From Lingula anatina (Eukaryota; Animalia; Brachiopoda), in NCBI GenBank assembly GCA_051362555.1, contig CM120640.1:1054001-1118000 (forward strand): DNA of 64,000 nucleotides, written 5' to 3'. The translations under genes were made by a program, and so were the position numbers. Shown one piece after another: positions 53,612-64,000 of this stretch (the first letter of the stretch is position 1; every line of letters begins with the position of its first letter). The notes below the pieces were generated by a model, which saw nothing but the letters and a program-made list of their open reading frames with translations, ran no database searches and was not told the DNA's origin.

Positions 53612-56600
53612 ATGCAGAATCCAATTGTTGTGAACATAGTGTCAGTTGTGGTATTAAACATTTTCATCAGATCTATCGATGGAGGTAAGAGGTTATTTCA
53701 AATGAGATTAATGAGATTTCTTGGAGTACCCATCAGCGGCAAAGAGAAAAATGTCATTCCTTTATCAGTGCGTTATTATGTAAGGCGCCTTTCATTTAAA
53801 ATTCAACTTGCTATTATCGATTATAGGGCCTACATGTATGTACGTTACGTAACTGATTAATTACCACCTTGTATGATTAAGTATAAAAGGTGTGACAACT
53901 AGCTATAAATATGATGTGAAATTACAATCAGGTTTTCTTTTGACCGCCTGAGCACACCGACGCTCTAAGACTTTGGGACCATTCCCAGACCTTATCGTAG
54001 TAACTGTGGATCGAACTATCTCCAAGGGGATTCTCCCTAAATTGCATTCACATTAAGCGGCTTAGATGTCTGTCACGCCTAGGGGGTAATTAATTATCGT
54101 TTAGCAGCTTCAGTAGGCGTGCCAAACATCTGAGCCGCTTAAACTGAAAGCAATTTAGCAAGAAACCCCTCGGAGATGGATAGATCCTGTTAGATCGATC
54201 TAGGTATAGGAACCCAGTCTCTGATAGGGATTAAATGGTGAGGGTGGATGGATGGGGGCAAGGCGATGGCTTAAATAACGATTTAACGAATCGTCCCTTC
54301 TAACAATCACAAGGAAAAGAAGTTAATCACAGTTTAATAATTAAGCTGATATACGGGTAGAACCGTTTATTTGTTTATTTAATTTTTATTTATTCATTTA
54401 TTTATTCATTCATTTATTTATTTATACAGCAGGACAGTTTTGTCCATATGGGGGTGTGCAAGTGCGCAGCACGTGTGTTTTAGTTGTACCGAACGCCGAG
54501 AAACTAACATGGCGGGACGCAAGGCAAAACTGCGAGAAACGAAACGCCAGCTTGCTGATTGTAAAAGACATAGATTTCCTGCGGGAGCTCAGCAGGACTG
54601 CAGCCCTAAGCCAAAGACAATACTGGGTGGGAGCGAGAAAACTAAAGAGTTGGTACTGGTTGAACGGTAAGCAGAAAATGTTAGAAATTAATAAAATATT
54701 TAAACGTCTCTAATTCCGAACATTGTATAAAATTTGGATTGTATTGAATTTTTTTAACAAGGAGGTCCCCCCTTAGGTGTTTTCAAAAATTAAAATTAAT
54801 TGACATTTTATCTTTTAAAAGAACCGAAGAGGTTTGAAAAGAATTATATTTTAGGACAAAATATTCAATCGTGCATTTTTACCGTATTATTTTTATCTTT
54901 AATTAACTACTTATAAATGTATAAATTATAAAACTCAGGTTAAATCATGAATTGTATACTATTACATGCTATTTCTGTTCCCCAGACACAAAACCGATAG
55001 GGTGGTACAAGTGGGCCCCCGGGGAGCCCAATGACTTGAAAGGCGGTGAAAATCGTTTGAACATGATGTCCAAATTTTTCTACGACTGGAATGACGAGCA
55101 GGACACCAGAATACAACGAGACAATGACGAGGACAGATACAGGATGCCAGCAGGGGCCATTTGTCAGTTTGGTAGGCATCGACAAGTAAAGTAATAATAA
55201 TCATATTATATGCACTGAGCACTATACACGTTGGGAATAAGTACACGTGTGTTGCAGTGACACGTATACAGATTAGGTATTGTATTTTCAAATTATAATT
55301 GTTCAAGCATATATCATAGATCGTTCCAAGATTTCCCAATTTTGTTAAAATTGCTTCTGTGCGTCACTTGCAAGATTTTTTCAATGGATGAGCTATTCAT
55401 AACATAAGTTCTGAAAATATGCAGTTTTATTCTAAATAGACGCATAGTGCACTGTGGGCGAGACCTTTCAATTTAAGGCAAATTGGAGGGTTTCATCAAA
55501 TAGTTACATGTATCACGTGCAAATCTGTGCCAAGATATCTCGATCGTTTTGAGGTAATGTGTTAAACTCTTACAGTTGGTCCATGCAACAGCCGGATAAA
55601 ACACGAAAATGACACTTACCCAAGAACAACCTTCCAAAACAAGACCTGTTTCCTGTTGATAAAAAGCAACAATGACTGGAACACATCTCAGAACATGTGC
55701 CAGAACACATTTGGTCACCCTGGGAATCTGGCTAGAATTGATGACTTGGAGACCCACGAATTCCTGGTGAAATTCATTAATGAGTCAGGGTACAGTGCTA
55801 ATTACTGGCTGGGTGGATGGTGGAACCGGAACAAGAAGAGCATCTTCTGGTGGCTGAATGGTAAATTTTGTCAATATAGGCTGAATGTAGTGGCACATAT
55901 AAATTCTGTTTATATTTCTTTATCAAATTGCAAAAGAAAAATAATAAATTTAATTCTAGATATATACATCACAAGGAATTGTTAATAGCACATATATATT
56001 TTAGCTGTTTTCACACTTCACTTGATCCCATTCCTTATTTCAAACACCACATACAGTGCCAAAAGATAGCAGGTGTCCCTTGGCAACAGTTTTGACAACC
56101 TTTCTCCCAGGGGTACTTTTAAGAAACAAATCACATAATTATCAGGAAATAAGTGAATTATACTTCATTTCTAATTATATGGATTCTTATTTTATTGAAT
56201 TCAAAACTGAATTAATGATATTGTTATTTAGGTGCATCTGTAGAAGATGATCTGTGGGCGACAAACCAGTCGTCTGCTACTGGGGAATGTGCACAGATAG
56301 TGAAGACCTCAAACTATTCCCTGTGGGCTCAGAACTGTGACCATTCTGGCAAACATTTTCTTTGTGAATACGGTATGCATATCAGTATCAAGATCAACTT
56401 TATTGTGTGACGGTTCTGAAGAAACGATACCGGGGATAGGGGGTTTGATGTATAATAAAAAACTTCTTCTAGAATGACTTGAAAACTTCTAGAATGACTT
56501 GAAATTTTTTTTACTGGGCAAACAGTTGATATACTCAAGCAAAAGATGGGCGAACGTTACATTTACAAACAGGGGAAAATAGAAAAATAGTCCATGAAAT

Positions 56601-59600
56601 TTTATTGTTTTCCTTCAGCTTTACCGTGCCCAGACCCCGCGATGGAACACAGCATCAAAGTATTCGAGTCAACGACCGACTTAAGAAGAGCGCACTTTGT
56701 GTGTGCGCCCGGGTACAGGTTTAATTCCAGCACCTCATTCACCATAGAATGTTTTCCAAACGGCAGGTGGAACAGCTCAGTGGGATGTCAGAGTATGTAT
56801 GCCTTGAAACAACGTATATAACTTAATTATTCCCCAGACTCTACCGATCCCTACTGGATGTTTAACGAGACGAAACGAGTACTTTTAAATTTGAAACTGT
56901 GTTCAATATTAATTGATGTCATTTGAACGTTTCCTCAGAAAAACAACACAGCCCCTGCAACTAAGTAGCCCCTTAGACTTAATTTACTACCCCTACAACC
57001 TGATCAGTATAACTATTGTATCTTAAATATTCCAGACATTAATGAATGCAGTGAACACCCCAGCCCATGTAGTCCCAATGCAGCATGTGTCGACACTGAG
57101 GGAAGTTATGTCTGCATTTGTAATTCTGGCTACACCGGTGATGGCTACAACTGTCATGATATTGATGAATGCCAAGCAACCAACAACTGCAGCTCCTCAG
57201 CTAGTTGTACCAATACCAATGGTGACTATACCTGCTCTTGTAATTCTGGCTACACCGGTGATGGCAATAACTGTAATGATATTGATGAATGCAAAACAAC
57301 CAATAACTGCAGCTCCTCAGCTAGTTGTACCAATACCAACGGTGGCTATACCTGCTCTTGTAATTCTGGGTACACCGGTGACGGCTACAAATGTAATGAT
57401 ATTGATGAATGCCAAACAACAAACAACTGCAGCTCCTCAGCTAGCTGTACCAATACCAACGATGGGTATACCTGCTCTTGTAATTCTGGCTTCACCGGTG
57501 ATGGCTACAACTGTAATGATATTGATGAATGCCAAACAACCAACAACTGCAGCTCCTCAGCTAGTTGTACCAATACCAACGGTGGCTATACCTGCTCTTG
57601 TAATTCTGGCTACACCGGTGATGGCTACAACTGTAATGATATTGATGAATGCCAAACAACCAACAACTGCAGCTCTGCAGCTAGCTGTACCAATACCAAC
57701 GGTGGCTATACCTGCTCTTGTAATTCTGGCTACACCGGTGATGGCTACAACTGTAATGATATTGATGAATGCAAAACAACCAACACCTGCAGCTCCTCAG
57801 CTAGTTGTACCAATACCAACGGTGGGTATACCTGCTCTTGTAAGTCTGGCTACACCGGTGATGGCTATAACTGTAATGATATTGATGAATGCCAAACAAC
57901 CAACAACTGCAGCTCCGCAGCTAGCTGTACCAATACCAATGGTGACTATACCTGCACCTGTCAACGTGGTTTCATAGGAGATGGGCACATATGTAGCAGT
58001 AGGTCGTTTGTTTCAAAAGCTAGGGCTTAATTCTTATTTATTTATTTATTTATTTATTATTTTGTTTGTTGGTTGGTTTTTATAATGATGTTCTTAAATG
58101 ATATTTGCCTTCTTTGTCACGTATTTTTATTTAAAAGTTAAAAAATCGCATTGCTTCTGTTTAAAAAGTGATTTATACAACATACACTCGTACAATTCAT
58201 TTGCCACTCTATGAAAACATTAATTTTCAATTTCAATTTCAATTTATTTCTGTACTGGTACATAGATTGTCATGACCTTGTACAATTTGATATACTAATG
58301 ATGATACAATACAGTTAGTGCATTACCATCTTTATATAATGGACATACGTATCAGTAAAATTACTCATAGAATATTCTATCTAAGCAATGCGATAAACCT
58401 TGGTGTGATTTTAAATTTACCATAAACATACTATAAACATGTTACACAAAAAGAATATGTTTAAACTTAAAACCAAGGTTACATAGCTGTTTAAGGCCAG
58501 TTTGATGACATGGATAATTACGACTAATGACAATTACATAAGACAGATAAGTAAATGAGTGACACAGATATAAATATTGTGCCATGTTCAGTCCCACTGC
58601 CGAGTCACTTCTCACAACAGTGGGACCATACACTGACATTTTAAGGGATATGCTATTAATATATAATATCAAAATACACTTTAGATCCTCAGTTTAGAGT
58701 ATAGATTTACATGTAGTTTTTTGGTAATAAAGGAGATTTCTAGGGTCTCGGGAAAGTAACCTGAAAGTTCACATTTATTTATCTTATATGAATCGTATAT
58801 TTTCTTTATTTCCCAGTAAACTCCACAAGCACCAGGACAGATGAGAGAACTACGATATCATTGACTGCCGGTATGGACGCTCCAGCTTATTTTACTCAAA
58901 TACAGATATGTGATTGTGACCGCATTCACAACAGCGGACTAATTAGTCCGAGGATCAAATATGGCGACCCCCCCCTTAAAAGCTTGCCGCCTTATCCCCT
59001 AATAGACACTGAATAGATTTACCGGAATTACGAGACAAGCATTCAAGTGGACCAGACATATTTGATCCGCGGACTAGTTAGTCCGCTGTTTTGAATGCGG
59101 CCTGTGATTGAACATGTTCAGGCATTAAAGTATCAAGAAAAGCAAGCACAAAGTGTTAATTATTACGTACAAATATCAATGAGTCGTGCGTAGTAACCTG
59201 GTATAAATTGCTAGGCTGTCATAAATCTCATCAAATGTGTGTTTATTTCAGTCGAGGTAAATGGAACCACTTCGGTAATAAACGAAGACGCATTTGCTTC
59301 CGTCAGAACGCAAGATGTATCTAAGGGTAGGTTTTCTCCGTGGAGAACGTTTGGAATGTATAAAGGTCACTTGGTTGGAGCTTAACCTCAACGGAGTGTG
59401 ATTAGATCGACGAATTAACAGATTGAAGTACGCATTAATTTAAATTCAATAAAATCATGTTACCTAAGGGTTATCTGATCATTTTTATCATTGTAGCAAT
59501 TGATCATGATCTCGAGATTCTAGTAATATTTTTTTTAGGTACTGCGTCTACATTTGGTTTCAGTTCGGCAGCTGTTGGTGACATTTGGAGTCCCTGGGGT

Positions 59601-61614
59601 TCTGCTGGTCATTGTTCTCTCTCTGGCCTGGGTCATATACAGGAAACACAGGTAACTACAGTGATCCCGGCAATAAAAATGATGCACGCGCTTTCCCAGT
59701 AAATAACATCTGAAGGAGACTTTCAGAAATTAAATGGGTTTTCTGCAAAAGTAAATATCGCTTATCAATTAATTCATTTCTGAGGGGCTAGTTTATAATA
59801 TTTCTATTTAAATCTAAATCTTAAATCTATTTAGATCTAAAGAGGCGTATTAAAAAACATTATATCTCTGTCATGATTGCTACTTTTTTGTAATACCTCC
59901 TCGCTATACATATGCGTTTTATTACATGTAATTCCACAGCAAAAGGAAACCTGGGGATGGCTGCCACACAGAGAGTATCTACACCACTGTAGAGAACCCC
60001 ACGTATAACGTGACACCTGACAGCGAACAGGAGACCACGTCACCTGTCAACACAGTAATGAAAGCTTTTCAAGGTAATGTACACCTTAGGGCGTATTCCC
60101 AGACATTTAGATAGATCTATCCCCGTGGGGAGTCTCACTAGATTACTGTCAGATAATCCGGCTTAAATGTCCGTCCCGCCTACTACAAGCTGTAAGGGGG
60201 TAATTAACTTTCGTGCCCGCTCGGCTGACAGTTATTTAGCGTGAACCCCCAGGGAGTTAGGTCGATCTAGTTTGGATCGATCTAATCTCTGGGAATGGGG
60301 TCTTAGACAGACCAGAACTGATTAATGGCTAACAGGCGACCGATTTGATTTTCTCTTGATCAGATGTATGAAACACTCACAGTCCGAAAAAACTAGGAGA
60401 TGGTTGGGATGTAGTCTTGTAGAGCAGTGTTGAGAGGGGGAAAACAAGGGACGAACTACAGGACAAGTTATTATTATAACATGTACATGGTTTATTAATC
60501 CGCGCCAGTTTGTTTTAGTGTCTTAAATTTGTCCCTGGGCCCAAACTACCTAAACACGGCCAGGGAATGTGTAACTGTTTGCCTGGTACTGGTTTCAACG
60601 CGTTTTGAATCACAGCAGACTTAATATTTCGGCACCAAAGTAGACACCAATTTTCGGTCTTCAATTATTTTGTGAGACCTACTTTGTACAAAAAAGGTGG
60701 CTGTAACCATTGCCAAGAAGTCGACAAGCCATGTGTGGCGGAGGCACTGTGTACTGGAGCTGGTCCACGTGCACCTGTGGACATGTTTCCGGGACGTGCT
60801 ACCTCATATCACCAGGCCCCCGGTATTTGACAGGCACATACACTATCTGTGGTTTACTATTAAACGATACAGATATCGCAGTGATAATATGACTGCCAAC
60901 ACATTGAGATCGAACAAACGGGCCTGTGCGTGTACGGCTACTTCGAAAAAGAAGCAAATGTTTTGAAAACATGCAAAAACATATAATATCAAGGTTACCA
61001 ACTCTGCAAAACTCGTTGCAAGTAAACAGGATTATCAAGCTATTTTCAGTATGATATCCATTTAAAATAAAGCGAAATCGTACATGTATTAAGGAAAATA
61101 TATAAGAGTCAGTAGACAAAAGGTTGCAGAACTTATGCTAATAAAACTTTAGGTATGATATACCATAAACAAGCGGCGTGTTTGATATTCGAAATTTGGC
61201 CGATGACGGCCGCATTTATTGAATGTCCCTCTGATAAAAGAAGGGGAGTAGTTTAATGTAACATTGAATAATGTTGAGTAAGGATATTTACGTAATGTTC
61301 GCGCCCTAAAAATCTACAGTCAGTATATAATTTCGAAACAAATAGTGCACACATTTCAATTTGCGGGGTTGCAAAGAGACGCCGATTTTTACTTTCACAT
61401 CAAAAGTGAGGCCAGAATGTAATGAAAGGCATTTGCGATTCATAACAAACACAATATTAGTGCACCAGGGGCTTTTTTTAACCTTTTTTTAAATTGTTTT
61501 CCATTAGGCTCCCGTCCCTTTCTAGAAGACTCTATGCCGTCACCGACAGTCAGCCAGTTCCAGAATACGACCGCTGGGTTGTCCATAGAGACAGTAGCCC
61601 CCGGGGTGCCTTAA
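53612..61614 (+). CDS. Gene G: signal - 2x CTLD - sushi - 8 cbEGF - linker - TM - SIYTTV/NPTY tail (complete)
   Basis: Exons: 53612-53684; 54430-54666 (NAGNAG acceptor); 54986-55171 (WAPGEPNDLKGGENRL..WNDE); 55576-55860; 56232-56372; 56619-56792 sushi; 57036-57998 EGF; 58817-58870; 59252-59326; 59564-59651 TM; 59940-60073 (ESIYTTVENPTY); 61508-61614 (GSRPF.. like GKRPF/GRRPF of D/F). Confidence 0.86.
53974..54220. mobile_element. Diverged relative of the 33543/60089 MITE family in intron 1 of gene G
   Basis: Shares attcccaga end, gcggcttagatgtctgtc, gggggtaattaa core and gatcgatcta motifs. Confidence 0.55.
57036..57998 (+). repeat. Single-exon array of 8 cbEGF units (gene G)
   Basis: 963 nt = 8x120+3; first unit INECSEHPSPC.. 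is divergent, internal units match genes A/B/E. Confidence 0.96.
58918..59102. mobile_element. MITE with ~46-bp TIRs, 3-bp TSD (Harbinger-like)
   Basis: tgt|gaccgcattcacaacagcggactaattagtccgaggatcaaatatg .. catatttgatccgcggactagttagtccgctgttttgaatgcggcc|tgt. Confidence 0.8.
60089..60302. mobile_element. PIF/Harbinger-like MITE (copy 2), TTA TSD, 15 nt after a gene G donor
   Basis: tta|gggcgtattcccaga..tctgggaatggggtc|tta; interior matches 33543-33766. Confidence 0.8.
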
Positions 61615-64000
61615 AACTGGCATGAGTTTATCCAGGTAGGCTTAAATAATTTCTATTTCAGTTATGGTTGTATTTACTAAGATATTCATGTATGAAATCT
61701 CGATTTAAGGGTATTGTGAGAGCCCCTGACTGAAGTAAGGAAAAATTGCAAACCATGCAATTATTGTTCCGTGGGTTTTCGAAAAACAGATGCGAAGTGT
61801 ATTTTTGATTGTGATGTTTCCTGCCTAGTTTTCGATATATGCTTTGTCTGAGCTGACATTATTTTGTATTTTCTTCTTTTAGATCTGAATACTCATTCCA
61901 GCTAAAACTAGGTGAAAAGTCGTACTAGATGACTAACGATACGGCCTACAGATACATGCACGATTTTTATCAAAGTGATATCTATTGGGAAGATAGCTAT
62001 CTGTGTTAACTCCTTGTACAAAGGAAACTTAAATACCAGCTTCTACAAACTAATACAATGTGTCTGTGTACTGTTGCCGAGACATGAATGAGGGAGCGGA
62101 GGAGGGAGGAAAATGGTATTTGTCACCAAGACTTTTTTAAACATTAGTAGAAGTGAAACTCCAATTCTTTTGCCAACCTTGCAATAAGGGCAATGAAAAT
62201 ACATGTCTGTAGGCACATGTATATGACATGGGAATCTATGCATTGTTGTATGTGTGATATTTATAAAATGCCCCACCCCCATTCAAAATAAGGGGTGTGA
62301 AAAAGATCTACCCAGGGGGAACTGCAGCTGCTCCTTTTTGCTTTTTTTTATGGGTAACATCATTAGTTTTTGTCAGTTGCAATAATCAAAAAGTATTGCT
62401 TGTATGCTGTGCACAATTGACACAAACTTTTTGGCATGTTTATGTTAATATTGTCGATATATTACCAAAATGAACTAAAGAACGTGAAATTTCAAGATGT
62501 AATAATGAAACACGGAGGTTTTTCTGTGAAAATTAATTATTATGAACGGATTCGCATATATATTTATTCTGAAAATGAAATAAAACATTTATATAAAACA
62601 CGATAATACCACAATTATTTTGACCTACTAGTACTGCCAGGTGTGGAGACCCTTGTTTATGAAATAATTCATTAGAATGGTATAGGCATTGGTAGGGATA
62701 ATTAATGTTTTCACATAAAATTCGAAATTAAAGTCTCTGGCATTTTGATTTTTCCCCACAAATATACAACATTGGTCAAAAAGGTTGCCCCACCCTTATT
62801 TCCATGTGCTTTTATTTACAAATGATCACCTTACAGCTGTAAATTGTTAGAAATAATGCTTTTTATTACGGATACCGTGTCTAACATGATTACTGGTTTA
62901 AAAAATACAAAATAGTGATGAAAATAAACATTTTTTATACCATTTAGTAAAATTTATAAGAGGCACCCCCCTCAAATCGACTGTTTCACTGTGACTTCTA
63001 CAGATGTAAAGAAATGTCTATAAAATTGAAAAGACGCCATCAAATGTTACCAATTTCACACACATTTAGCATTAGGGTGTGCTCGTTAAAAACCACGTGC
63101 CTAACAGCTCGTGCGTCTACCGCGTACTGCAATTATCTCCTGTAGACGGCGCGACAAGCCTTCAACATGGGTAATAATTCTGTTATGTGGGATATTGTCC
63201 CATTCATCCTAAAGAGCGTGGCGGAATTGGTCAAGATTATTTAGGAATTGGTTCTACTCTGCAATGCACATTCCAATTTATGCCACAGGTGCTCAGTAGG
63301 ATTAATTTTTGGCAATTCCTTTTTTCATGAAGTGATAATAAACGATTATAAATTGGCTTTTTATTTCTGAATTAAAGAAATACTTGTATTCTCTTTATCT
63401 GAAAAAGTTATAGTGAAAAAAAAACGCACAAATTAATATGTTATTCAGAATGTTCGTATGATTATTTAACGGCCGTCTTCGGTTTTTATCAAATCCAACA
63501 ACCATCAAGAAATTTGGTGTTACCATTTCCCATCATTATACAAGGTGACATTTTTTATCTTACGACTTTCACGTGAGTAAGAGGTGACACTGTCCAGGCT
63601 TATGGCCGGAGCGTGGTAAGAGTTGGGGGCAGTCAATGGGTCATCGCAGAGTCCACAGCAGACTGGTCCAGTCAAGGCCAAGGTCAAGAGGTCATGTTTG
63701 ACCGATACTGTTGTCACCGGGCACACCTTGCCTGCAGAACAAGGTCATTTTAACTCGTTGTCAGTAAGCCCCTTCATACTCTGTCAGACGGCGAGATAAC
63801 GCGTCTAGATTTAACTGATTAGGTTAAGATAATTTACCCCCTTTACCGTGAGTCCACGGCAATGATGCGTGACCATTAGAGTCTAATACACTGCGGGTGT
63901 TTCTCAACCAAACCTGCTACAATTACAGTCCTTTGAAAAGCATTTCGCCAAAAAGTATATCTACTAATGTGTTGTTTAATTTCATCTAGGCACAGGCACC

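Noticed and set aside
60364-60396. MYETLTVRKN* as last exon of gene G
   Set aside because: Wrong phase for the 60073 donor; 61508-61614 begins GSRPF like the paralogs and fits phase 1.
528-61614. Assigning symbols such as fibrillin, MRC1, selectin or CD93
   Set aside because: Only shared domains; the architecture and size do not match, and orthology cannot be shown from this sequence.

Overview
AT-rich eukaryotic (animal, probably mollusc/lophotrochozoan by inference) genomic DNA. The window is a tandem cluster of seven paralogous, intron-containing C-type lectin receptor genes. Six lie on the minus strand (A 528-13209, running off the left edge; B 16884-24563; C 26286-33079; D 34796-39224; E 40514-45783; F 46532-51301). 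One, G (53612-61614), is on the plus strand, head-to-head with F. All share signal peptide - CTLD1 (EPN/WND, inner disulfide lost) - CTLD2 (no Ca2+ motif). They then carry one of two stalks: sushi + a single-exon array of 120-bp Ca-binding EGF units (16, 7, 7 and 8 copies in A, B, E, G), or a Thr/Ser-rich mucin exon (C, D, F). Where visible, a TM exon and a tail with NPxY plus variable ITIM-like/YDxV tyrosines follow. All ectodomain exons are phase 1-1. The internal EGF units are near-identical even between strongly diverged, inverted paralogs. Introns hold LINE fragments, a nested pair of DNA transposons, several MITEs and microsatellites. Exon models were built by hand from splice signals, frame and paralog comparison, without transcript data.
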